Shown here piece after piece: positions 47,918 through 58,218 of a DNA stretch of 64,000 nt. This DNA is from Tetramitus jugosus (lineage: Eukaryota > Protista > Heterolobosea): contig OW569349.1 of assembly GCA_937625935.1 (NCBI GenBank), positions 124,001-188,000 on the forward strand, read 5' to 3'. A model generated the notes under the pieces. It had not been told where the DNA came from. It did no database searches and saw only the letters and a list, made by a program, of their open reading frames with translations. Every line of letters starts with the position of its first letter. Position 1 is the stretch's first letter. Made by a program: the position numbers and the translations under genes.

Positions 47918-47997
47918 TGACGAGGGCGGGATTTGAACCCGCGCCCCGAAGGACTGCGGCCTTAACACAGCGTCTTAGACCACTCGACCACCTCGCC
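47918..47997 (-). tRNA. tRNA-Leu(AAG)
   Basis: GGCGAGG/CCTCGTC acceptor, TGGTCGAGTGGTCTAAG A-box, CTGTG-TTAAGGC-CGCAG anticodon arm, long variable arm, GGTTCAAATCC B-box, TTTT terminator. Confidence 0.95.
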
Positions 47998-48042
47998 ATC
48001 TTACTAAGTACTCCGAAAAGAGCAATTTAGAGAATTACTTAA

Positions 48043-48305
48043 TTGGTGAAGAATGGAATGAAGTTAGAACTAGCCCATCGCAAGGCACGAAGCTTTGTTA
48101 GTTGGGTAAAGAGTCGCTGCATCGTTACTTTGCACAAACTCTACCAGCAATCAAAAGACTACAAACAGCAGTAACGCTCTCCGAGCGTTACTGAAAGGAA
48201 AGATAAGTGCCGCTCTTCGAGCGGCACGGTGAGAATAAGAGAAACGATTTGAAAGAATGATACACAATAAATTGAGCAACTACGTGTTGTATTAAAAAAA
48301 AAAAA
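48043..48305 (+). mobile_element. 5'-truncated non-LTR retrotransposon, copy C (young), 45 bp upstream of tRNA-Leu
   Basis: Open C-terminus LVKNGMKLELAHRKARSFVSWVKSRCIVTLHKLYQQ..*, two 3'-UTR hairpins, AATAAA and an A-run at 48294-48306. Exact 14-bp TSD AGAGAATTACTTAA at 48029-48042 and 48306-48319. Confidence 0.93.
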
Positions 48306-48319
48306 AGAGAATTACTTAA

Positions 48320-48998
48320 AAACTGAAAAAACGCAACCCTATGTCTGGTGATTCAACAAAATTGGTGGAAGGAATACGGCAACATAGATTTCTCAGGGAT
48401 AGAAAAGTCCTGATCGAGGTAGAGCCACGCTGGTGGTTACCAGCTGTGGAAATGCAGCAAAAGAATCAATTTGATTTCCTAAAGAACCCCTTGATAGAAG
48501 TTTGCAGTGGTTTCATGCACAAGTGCGTAGCGGAACACGAAGGTCGTTTGTAATCGCCTCTACAACGACGATAGCCAGACCTCAGCCCAAGATGTGGGAC
48601 TTCGTCTGACACCATCCTCCACTGTTTGGTCGGATGCAAGTACGCTATTGATGCACGTAAAAAACTGGTAACCGAAGTTCACAACAAGTAATTAAAAATG
48701 CCACTGCACCGAGGGTCCACTGTCAACGTGGTTCGACAAGGTGAATTTCAGGAAGGTTTTCTCTGGCCGACACAGTGAAGAGTAGCAAGGAGTACCTCTG
48801 TGGGATGATGGGCATTGAAAGTGAAACCCTTGATCAAGTAATGGACGCGTTGATTAAGAATGGGATGAATCAGGAAACCACCCATCACAAAGCACGCAGT
48901 CTTGCGAGCTGGGTGAAGAGTCGTTGTATCAGTACGATGCACTCTACCAGCTGACGAACGACGAATAAAGAGCAACTCTGCATTGTATTAAAAAAAAA
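48320..48998 (+). mobile_element. 5'-truncated, frameshifted non-LTR retrotransposon, copy D (older)
   Basis: Frames give QWFHAQVRSGT, CNRLYN, PRCGTSSDTILHCLVGC..ARKKLV, LCGMMG and SWVKSRC, matching copies A and C. Ends in AATAAAGAGCAAC..TTGTATT-A9. Confidence 0.88.
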
Positions 48999-49274
48999 CA
49001 ATTAGAATTTCCAATTATTTCTGTCAGTATGCCACCGAGGATGCATTGCTACTTTGAAAGAGGTCGTTGATGACATTTTGCACCTTTCTGTGGACATCAC
49101 GCCAACACTCTTGGCTACTGCAGTTCCCCTAGTCAAGATACAAAATGATTCCCCAAGTTCAAGTTCTCTGAAAGTTCCCAAGAGGGAACTTGATTTTGAT
49201 AAAAAAGATAAAGATCCCTGATAAAAGATTTCATTTCAGAAAGAAACAACAACAATCCACCTACACAAACAACC

Positions 49275-50513
49275 ATGTCCTTTCTCTCTGACATTCGAAA
49301 TCTTTCTTCCCTACAACAGCATCTGAAGCATGTGGATGCACCAGTCGAGCGTCAATTTCTCACTGAGGGCACATGCACCAACGACGAGGACTATGACCAG
49401 TTGCTGTCTGATGCATCCATGGAGAATTATCTGTCTGTTATTGAGCCATTTACTTTCAAGTCTCGGATCTTGCCAATTTCCATCGAAGAGTGTCAAGCTC
49501 TAGTGGTCGAACATGAAAAATTCAAGCAATTCAGATTGGAGTACGTGCAAAAGAAGTGCACTGAAAAGGCACAAGCAGAAGAACAAGAAGAAAAGCAGCG
49601 AGTGAACATCAGGAGTTGTGATTATCCAGAGTATAGCTCTTGGAAGCAAGTGGAGATTTTGAAATTGTTGGCCAACAGGATTCAAAAGGTGATTGATGAG
49701 GAGGAGAGAGTGAGGGATGATAGGAGCTCTGATTTTGGAGTATTTGTTCGATTGAGTACCATATCTCCAAAGGATGCTGTCATCAATCGAACTGACTTTC
49801 TCGATTGTGTACAGAGAGCCGAAAACGAGTATATTTCTCATTTGGAAACGGTAGAGAATATTGATTTCTTGAGTGAATTGAATAGACGAGTGTATGCACT
49901 GTACATAGCAGGTACCACTGGCATGAAGGTAAGGAGTGGTGACTATGCTGTCCAATTGTTTATTGAAAGCGAACGAACAAAGCAAGAATTCCAGTCAAAG
50001 CTAAAACATAGCAGCGACAGCAATGACGAGAACAAGGTACTCAATATCATTGTAAGAGAATGGAATGATTTCGATGTTGCTTTAGAATTTAGAGCTTTCG
50101 TTCACAAGAGACGATTGACTGCCATGACTCAGTACAATCCATTTGTCTTATTCCCACATTTGATTAAGCAGAGAGATGCAATTGGCAATCTGTGCAAAGA
50201 TTTCGTCGAGAATCAAATCCTTACACAATCGAGTTTGAGAATGGAGTCCTTTATTGTCGATTTATTGCTTGTGCTTAAGCCTGGATGTAAATTAACTGAT
50301 TCAGTGGATGATTTATCACAAAAGTATCAGGTAAAGGTGATCGAACTGAATCCATTTGCAGAGTTTGCTGGTACAGGGCTTTTCTCACTGTCAGATGACA
50401 TCGATCTGCTCCAGGGCACGAATCCCGATCATCAATTCACATTCCGTATGGTTGAACAACTCCCAAAGTTTGTTGCTCAACAACTAGAGCCTTCTTGGCG
50501 TCAATTCTTGTAA
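49275..50513 (+). CDS. Cdc123/D123-like ATP-grasp protein
   Basis: VFVRLSTISPKDA, IVREW..LEFRAFV..TAMTQY, FIVD, VIELNPF. Confidence 0.85.
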   Translation: MSFLSDIRNLSSLQQHLKHVDAPVERQFLTEGTCTNDEDYDQLLSDASMENYLSVIEPFTFKSRILPISIEECQALVVEHEKFKQFRLEYVQKKCTEKAQAEEQEEKQRVNIRSCDYPEYSSWKQVEILKLLANRIQKVIDEEERVRDDRSSDFGVFVRLSTISPKDAVINRTDFLDCVQRAENEYISHLETVENIDFLSELNRRVYALYIAGTTGMKVRSGDYAVQLFIESERTKQEFQSKLKHSSDSNDENKVLNIIVREWNDFDVALEFRAFVHKRRLTAMTQYNPFVLFPHLIKQRDAIGNLCKDFVENQILTQSSLRMESFIVDLLLVLKPGCKLTDSVDDLSQKYQVKVIELNPFAEFAGTGLFSLSDDIDLLQGTNPDHQFTFRMVEQLPKFVAQQLEPSWRQFL

Positions 50514-50537
50514 TAAATATTAAAGCGAGTGTTTTTA

Positions 50538-53500
50538 TCATAACCCAGATTGACTTGCGATTTCGAGCCATTGGTCAAAAGTAAGACCATCGGGATCAGG
50601 CTTCTCTGTTTCTCTTGTCACCCCATATTCAGCCAATAGCATTGTGATACCATCAAAAAGATCAGGATCTCCTCGCGCCAATCTGTGGTAAGTTAGACGC
50701 AATGCACTCATATTACAATTCTGATGATAGGAATTATTGCTGCGAAAGAATAGGGTTGGATCTGCACCGCACTTGAGCAACCATCCCATTTTCTTCAAAC
50801 TATTTTCTGTATACGAAGCAGCTGAGATCAAATTCAGTAGAGGTGGGAACTCCAAATGCCCAACTAAATTCACATTGGCTCCATGTTTCGTAAGGAATTG
50901 GTAAACTTCGAAAGAGAATCCATCATACATAAATGTGTCGAATACTTTAATTTGGGCCTTGATGTTTCCATACACTTCATTATCAATGGCAACACCTTCT
51001 GCTTCCTCAGGTCGAGCAAAGTAGATACCAAATCCACAGTTTTCATAGATTTGGTTATCATAAATCTTACACGTGACATCTTTGGAGTTAACTGAGACAC
51101 CATCCCACTGATTCTGACAAATCTCATTATTATCAATGGCAACTCTTCCTTTGGTGTTGATATAAAGACCATTGTAAGAATTGAGGAACACCTGACTCTG
51201 ACGAATAGTCATATCACTATCACCAACTACGTTGATTCCGTCCCACCCATTTTCAGTGATGATATCATTCTCAAACAGACCACTCGATGTGCCCTTGAGC
51301 CATATACCATGTAGCTTACAGTCAGAGACCTGACAGTTTGTCAATGTGATCTGACACTCTTGTTGACACTCGATTCCACAACCGGATTCAGAAGAAACTT
51401 CACAGTGCTCCATGATGACGTTGCCTTGTTTGACCAACACGCCACACATTTCCTTCTCTCCAGTCTGCTTGATTGTCATATTGGATATCTTACAGGCAGC
51501 GGCAGCCTCCATCATCAATGGCGTACTCTTGGACTGGATAGTCACATGACCACTTCCCTCAAGAATCAGAGATTTCTTAATAATGACCTGCTCGGTGTAG
51601 ACACCATGCTTGATCAAAATACGATCCAAGTCCTTTGCTTTCACAACAGCTTCTTGGATTGTCTTGAATTGTTCGTTTCCGGATGATGATTTGTTGGATT
51701 TGGCGTTACAGTTAACTTCAAGGGTATTAGAACCGAACAAGAGCGCAGCCTTTCTTAACACAATTGCCCATTCACTGGCTTCTTGTTCGTGCTCTGCATA
51801 CAAGTACCAAGTTCTTTCTGAAGTGTAAATCTGGATAACATTTTCCTTTTCAACTGTTGATTGGGCTTCTCTTGGAGTCAATAGACGAATCATCTGACCA
51901 GCCAGTTTGACACGACCCTTTGGCTCCTTGTCACTAGGATCTTTGAAGTAGTAGAGATAAGTTCCCTTCAATACACAGAATCTAGTCTTCCAACTCTTGT
52001 AAGAACCACCTTGCTTCGTCAAATAGCCACTCTTTGTGTAAGAGTTAGCCACAGTAATCTTTGATATCTCCTTCAATACTTCGATCCAACAATCGCACTC
52101 ATCATCACACTGAGCACCGAGATAAATTGTGCTCGTGTGTTCAATCTTGAATGTAAATGGCCTTCTGGTTTCATTGTTTGCCTTGGTCACCATTTTACCG
52201 ACAATGTTCACCTTTCCTAGAACGTCCTTGGCCTCCTCATCCTGGAAGAAATACAAGTGAGTATTACTCACGACAAAGTACTCCAACTTCCAAATATAGG
52301 TCCTGTTGTCCTTGGGTACTCTTCTATATAGCCATCCTTTCATCAATGCATTGTTTGTTGCCCATGAATTTGTCACATCATCCACCTCATTGTGCAAAAC
52401 ACCTTCCCAGATTGGAGAATCTTCATCTGTTGCCCTAAATCGTATCACATCCTTGCTATGCATTTGTGCTGATAATTGAGCAAAAAAGTTGGATGGATCC
52501 ACTCCTGTCTCAGTGGCTTTCTTGACTCCTAAGGATTTTCGAATTGACATTCGCGCCGTTTTCATTGACAATCTTGCTGTTTGTGGTGGACTATCTTCTG
52601 TATTACTAGATGAAGAACCTCCTGAACTATCATACAACTTGGCGAGTTCAATGACATAATCCGAATCTCGAATCAACTCCTTGTCTTCACACTCCTCGGG
52701 CAACACTCTTTTCACAACGGCTCCCTTGAGGTCGAACTCTCTTTGTGACATAACGGTAAGTGGGACAATTCTCCACCAGCACCCAACAGCAACTCCATGC
52801 ACTCCATTGCTTCTTGTTCCTCCTTAATTCCATACTTGCGCAAGACTGACATGAAAGGATCATTTAAATGGTTATAATTTTCTGCTAATTGACCATTTCT
52901 CATTCTTAATCCCTGTGAACAGAAGTATTGTATCAACTCGTAGGGTGTCGATGAAGAATTGGATCTGGCAGCCGAACAAAAAACTTGGTCTGAGAGCATT
53001 GACACATCGATTTGATACTTTTCTATCATGGACTTGATCCAAGACAATTTGTAATCCAGAATAGAGTAGTTTTGATAGTCGCGATACGCTTGGCGAGAGT
53101 TCAAAACAGCTGCAATCATTTCTTTTCTATTTGGTTCGTAAACTTCTTCAAGTATGAGGTCAATCAGATCGGTACGAACAAATTCTTTGATGGCAATAGA
53201 AAGAGGCAGTAAATACATCAGTGCATCCTCTCTCATCTTCTTTGGATCAAACAACATTATCTTTTGAGCAGAGTGGTCCTGAACAATACTCTGGTTGTGC
53301 AGAGGAATACATGCTCTCAAAATATCCAAATTGCGAATTTTGATTGCGAAGAGCAATAGTGTCAGATCGTCATGGATTTCAGTTGCACTCAGACGAAACT
53401 TGCTCACAAGTTGCTCAAGTATATGAATGATTCTTTGCACCAAAGAGACACTGTTTGCCAGATCTCCCTTTCCTTCAAGTACTGAATTTAGGAAATAGAA

Positions 53501-54145
53501 AAGGAAAGTTTTGCTTCGACTCCTGATAGACCAGAGAAGAGACTCTTGTTGCTCAATTCTCTTTAGTTCCTCCTCACTCTCCAAAACCACACTACTCTTG
53601 AGCACACTCAAATCATTATTCTTTACAGCTTCTTCAAACAGCTCAATCGACATTTTTATCGATTTTGCAACCTTCATTCGCTCCACAATATCATTCATTT
53701 GAGATCTCAACCTTCGAACTACCTTACAAAGGTACAATTGCTTCACAGTGTTATAAATTGAAAAAGTAGTGTACAAAGCTTCATCTACCTCTCCTTTGTC
53801 TTCTTGATTCCTATTTTCAAGACCACTCTCCTCGTTCTTCTGTTGTATGGCTGAACCAAATCGTTTCAATAGCTTCTTTTGATCCTTTAGTTGACCGTTC
53901 AATCGACGAATTTCTTTACAATTCTTGTTGTACTTTTTGCTCTTGCCAGTCATCTCCAGGAATTCAATCTCTGCGATCAGGAAATAATTGAGTTGAGTCA
54001 TCCAGATGAACTTTGAGTCGTGCGATATGGTCAATTGACTGTGGAGTGACGAACTTGTGAGAAGCAAAGATCTCACAGAACCTAAGCCGAGGAAGGATGA
54101 GATGTCAAAAAGACAATCGAATGGAAGGTGAGCTAGTGATTTCAT
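50538..54145 (-). pseudogene. F-box + ankyrin-repeat gene interrupted by the PH/beta-helix CDS (5' part 54145-52752, 3' part 50942-50538)
   Basis: F-box LAHLPFDCLFDISSFL. Ankyrin-like ECMELLLGAGG before the insert continues as EVYQFLTKHGANVN and GWLLKCGADP after it; removing the insert restores the frame. Confidence 0.75.
50943..52751 (-). CDS. Inserted intronless CDS: tandem PH domains + right-handed parallel beta-helix; has no stop and reads on into the ankyrin tail ending at 50538
   Basis: MKGWLYRR..WKLEYFVV; KSGYLTKQGGSYKSWKTRFCVL; FKTIQEAV..GVYTEQV; beta-helix repeats (NGWDGINV, NSYNGLYI). Confidence 0.85.
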
Positions 54146-54329
54146 TTTGTGTGGATGAACTCGCGTTTTTTTGGTTCGCAAGTTCCACAAAAACTCCCAC
54201 TTGCGGAGGTTAAATCTTGTCCTGCTCATTAACTTCACGCCATGATGTAGAGATAGACTTGCATTTGTCGAAGGCAACCTCTCAAAGTTTGAACTCCCAT
54301 ACAACAGATGTAATCCGTGTATTTCCTGT

Positions 54330-55967
54330 TTAGATGGTTCTTGTAGTGGATTTCATCGTACTTGTGATATGTCTCCGAATGTTCACACGGTCAACGATGT
54401 CACAAATGATAACATTGTCAAATGTTCGTTGCTTAATTCTATCGTTTTTAACACACTTGAGGAATTGATTCACAATGAATTCAACGTTCGAGCAGTATCG
54501 CACACCTCCTGTCATAAAGTACTTGTAATAGAGGTTTTTGTCATTCAGATTGTTCATGTACAAATCTCTTTTTAAGTAACGCTTGACTGACCAGGATTCC
54601 TTGTTCTGTGTATAATATGTTGAATTATCACTGTATATCTCGTTTAGGAAGGATGCAATGTCTTCTTCAGAAGTGAAATCGAATCCTGCGATATATCTTG
54701 AGCAAAGACTTTTCCAGATGGCATTGCTAGTTGCAACAGAGTATGACACGCGATCAACTGTCGTGTATTGCACAATGTCTCTCCACGGCAAGTATGATAA
54801 AATAAGGGTCATGATATCCGGTATGCACAGTGCAGAAAAATTTAAACTTTGGTCATTCTCGGTACAGTGTTGCGTTCGTTGGAGAGCATAGTTCAATTTT
54901 TCCTCATATGGATTCCAATTCGGCAAGTCCATGGTTGGTTCAAATAACAAGTCCTGAGGCACGTTACTAAACGTTTGAGAGAGATCTTTCGTGTGTAAAT
55001 AATATTTGAACATCTCTGTCGTATTAAAAACGATGACTATTCGATTCAACTGATTCAAATGTCTGTTGTTCATCGTGGCTTCCCATTCTTTAAACTTTAA
55101 CATTAATTGATTCACTCCTCGTTGGACATTAAAATAGCTACACAAAGGAATGCAGTACATCAAGACATCGGAAGCAGCAAAAAACTGATCACGTAGCATG
55201 AATTGGCTCGCTGTTACAAAATACTCACGAACATTAACCTTCAAACCTTCGAAGCTACCGGTAACAACATTAAAATACGGAGCATCCTTCTTCATCATAG
55301 TGGCCAACTCTATGCTCGATAGGTCATTGCAGTCCAACAAATCAGAATAATGTGCGGCAATTGCTCCAAAGTTTACACTCAACGATGACGCATATGTGAG
55401 CAAAGAAGACGCCTCGCGCTGAAACAAACATACAAGCTCATTCCTCAACTGACTATTACGATTCAACAATTGCTCCAATAAACTCTCATCAAACAGCATT
55501 TTCTTCATGTTTGCAACATTCTTTGCGTTCAATAGCGCCGCACTCTTGTCGCCCATATTGTCTTTCAACTGCTGCCTCTGTTGAAGCTCATTTTGGAAAA
55601 TGGTTGTCAACCGCTTCACAAATCGCCGCGATTCATCATGACACCACACATACGGATTGGATCCACTACTTGCAACCGCACCACGATCTCCCATCGTTGT
55701 CGGAGGCATCATCAGAACACCTGTGTTGTTGGTGTTGATCGAACTTGGAGTGAATCGAGCAGCCAACATTAAACACAACTCTGTCATGAGATAATACGTG
55801 ATTGCATTCCTGACAGTGGTCACCTCGGATACATCCACTGGTTCACACGTGCTGCCTGGAGTGGTTAGAGATGAGGAATTGTAGAGAATTGAGTTCCAAT
55901 GGTTGCACATGAGAGTCTTGCCCGTTCCGCACACGAGAACATTGATATGATCCTTGAGTCCATCCAT
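54330..55967 (-). CDS. Divergent G-protein-alpha-like protein with internal F-box
   Basis: VLVCGTGKTLM (degenerate P-loop), DVLMYCIPLCSY and IVIVFNTTEMF resemble G-alpha AIIFCV.LS.Y and IILFLNK.DLF. F-box IPDIMTLILSYL..NAIWKSLC. Confidence 0.65.
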   Translation of the reverse strand: MDGLKDHINVLVCGTGKTLMCNHWNSILYNSSSLTTPGSTCEPVDVSEVTTVRNAITYYLMTELCLMLAARFTPSSINTNNTGVLMMPPTTMGDRGAVASSGSNPYVWCHDESRRFVKRLTTIFQNELQQRQQLKDNMGDKSAALLNAKNVANMKKMLFDESLLEQLLNRNSQLRNELVCLFQREASSLLTYASSLSVNFGAIAAHYSDLLDCNDLSSIELATMMKKDAPYFNVVTGSFEGLKVNVREYFVTASQFMLRDQFFAASDVLMYCIPLCSYFNVQRGVNQLMLKFKEWEATMNNRHLNQLNRIVIVFNTTEMFKYYLHTKDLSQTFSNVPQDLLFEPTMDLPNWNPYEEKLNYALQRTQHCTENDQSLNFSALCIPDIMTLILSYLPWRDIVQYTTVDRVSYSVATSNAIWKSLCSRYIAGFDFTSEEDIASFLNEIYSDNSTYYTQNKESWSVKRYLKRDLYMNNLNDKNLYYKYFMTGGVRYCSNVEFIVNQFLKCVKNDRIKQRTFDNVIICDIVDRVNIRRHITSTMKSTTRTI

Positions 55968-56125
55968 AGCTGTCTCTCTCTTCTCTCGCTTCAGTGCTTT
56001 TGCGCAAAATATCTGGGGAGGATCATGCTTCATTTTTTCGACCGACTTGGAAAAGGCAAATATTCCGATCAGCACAAGGAAAAACCCCAAAACTAAAAAA
56101 AACAATAGGCTCAATAAACATTGTA

Positions 56126-56806
56126 ATGCAAAGCTGGATCCAAAAGACTCGCAAGATTATTTGCTTGCTCAGAAACTATGAAGCACATGCTGCTGAAATG
56201 AAATCTGCACCACCTACCAGTGTCGACTTTTTCATTAAGCCAACCACATCCATCTTGTTGCACCGTTCAGAACAGCCGTATGCTGCCATTGAGATTCCTA
56301 GTTTCACTGGATCGGATGTTCATCATGAGGTTGAGTTGGGTGTCGTCATTGGATCCGACGGAAAGAACATTAGTGAGGAGAATGCGTTTGATCACGTGGC
56401 TGGCTTCTTCCTGGGACTAGACATGACTGCTCGTAAGCTTCAAGCTCAGGCAAAACAGTCTGGAAGACCTTGGACAGCAGCAAAGGGATTTGACACATTT
56501 TGTCCTATTGGCGATGAATTTATTGCCAGAGATGAGCTGTATGATGTGAGCACTGGTCGTTTTAGAGATGTGAACCTGTCGTTGAAGGTCAATGGACAAG
56601 TGAAGCAGTATGGAAACACCAAGGACATGATCTTTTCGATCCCACAGTGCATCTCTGCCATTTCAAAGGTTATGACACTGCAGGAAGGTGATTTAATATT
56701 AACTGGTACCCCAGAGGGTGTTGGCCCCGTTAACGCAGGTGATCTCGTCGAAGCGGAGATTGAAGGTGTGACAAAGATTTATCGATTCGAAGTAAAGAAT
56801 ATTTAA
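56126..56806 (+). CDS. FAHD1: Fumarylacetoacetate-hydrolase-domain protein (acylpyruvase/oxaloacetate decarboxylase)
   Basis: RNYEAHAAEM, FFIKPTTS, VHHEVELGVVIG, LDMTAR, AKGFDTFCP, GDLILTGTPEGVG. Confidence 0.92.
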   Translation: MQSWIQKTRKIICLLRNYEAHAAEMKSAPPTSVDFFIKPTTSILLHRSEQPYAAIEIPSFTGSDVHHEVELGVVIGSDGKNISEENAFDHVAGFFLGLDMTARKLQAQAKQSGRPWTAAKGFDTFCPIGDEFIARDELYDVSTGRFRDVNLSLKVNGQVKQYGNTKDMIFSIPQCISAISKVMTLQEGDLILTGTPEGVGPVNAGDLVEAEIEGVTKIYRFEVKNI

Positions 56807-56838
56807 TGATTATGATGTGAATATGAAGTAGTTACATA

Positions 56839-57762
56839 TTAGGCGCTACCATCTCCGTTGTCTCGGGGATCGTGTTTGCATGTTGGACAAGATGGGTGTT
56901 GCTTCAACCACTGCGTGACGCAATTTGTGTGGAAACGATGCGTGCAAGGGAGAGTCGTGATGATCTGGGAGTCAAATGCGTCCAGACAGATGGGACACTC
57001 TTCGTCTGGACAAGTAGTAGCACGGCCTTGGGGTAAAGCTCTTAATTGAAAGTTGTTCAATCCAATCCGTTGTATTGAATCATCGAGAGCTAACAAAGCC
57101 TCATAATCATTCTCATCAAATAAATTAGGTTGAACAGTGGCATAAAGTTCCTGTTCTCCTTCTTCCGTGCCCCATTGACTAGGATAAACGTATTGATTGG
57201 AAGAGAGTCTGCTGTTCTCCTCGTTGAGAGAAAGTGCCAAGTAGTGATCCTTCTCTATTTGCCTCATCCTTTCTAGATCCTGGATCCAAGATATGTTTGT
57301 ACTGTTTCTTTTGACAGTGCCGGTACTAGTATTTGTAAAGCTTCTTCTTCGGGATCCAACACCATACCTGCTTGTACTGTTATGAGACTCGTCATTGTTT
57401 ACTCTCGTCAATCGTGCTAAATAGTCTGAAATGGTATTATCCTCTATTGTTGGCTCACTTGTCCTGGTGGGGGGAGCTGCTGAAGATAGAGCTTGCAATT
57501 GATCACACAATTGTTTCAATGCAGCATTCTTTTGTTCAGACATTGCCAGCTTCCTTTTTGTTTCTTCATGGTTCACTCGTTCCTCCTCGAGCTCTGCAGA
57601 TTGTCATCATCACATTAAGCATGTTGTGATTACAACAATATTGTTGTCAAGTGAAAAACAAATGTCCATACCTCTCCTCAACTTTCGAATCAACTCTTCT
57701 TTCTCATCATCTCCGGTGAGTCGTAATGGATGTTTTCCCTTTCTATCATTAAAATTGTACAT
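56839..57762 (-). CDS. RING-H2 E3 ubiquitin ligase; intron 57594-57671
   Basis: YEALLALD, CPICLDAF..LPCTHRFHTNCVTQWL..CPTCK; upstream exon MYNFNDRKGKH joins in frame. Confidence 0.88.
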
Positions 57763-58218
57763 GTGTTGTTTTGTTTTTTTCTTTCAAAAACACCCTTCCT
57801 TCAAAAAATTTCCCGCAAAAAAGAGATGTCAATTGAAGTCCGTCTTGATCTTTCAACTTTTGGTGATAGATGTTGAAAATGAGTTTCTTCTGACCTCATG
57901 TTCCAAAATCATCATTTTAGTATTTGAGCTCTTCAGTCGCAGAAATCTCGATTCGTTAACCGTAGTTTCGGGGTTTTCCCTTATTGATGGCAATGCATGC
58001 AAAATCAGCTGCTGCAATTCCAAGAGAGCAAGCACACTTTTTCGCATTTCTATTCTCGCTTCAAGACAAAAAATATCAAATAGAAAACAAGAGTTCAATT
58101 TGCGTCAATCACACAAACAACCACAACAATACCAACAACAACAAACAACAAGATCAACACCAATAATGCTCTTCCTATAAAAACGTTCAAACAACAATAG
58201 ACCAACACATATAAAATA

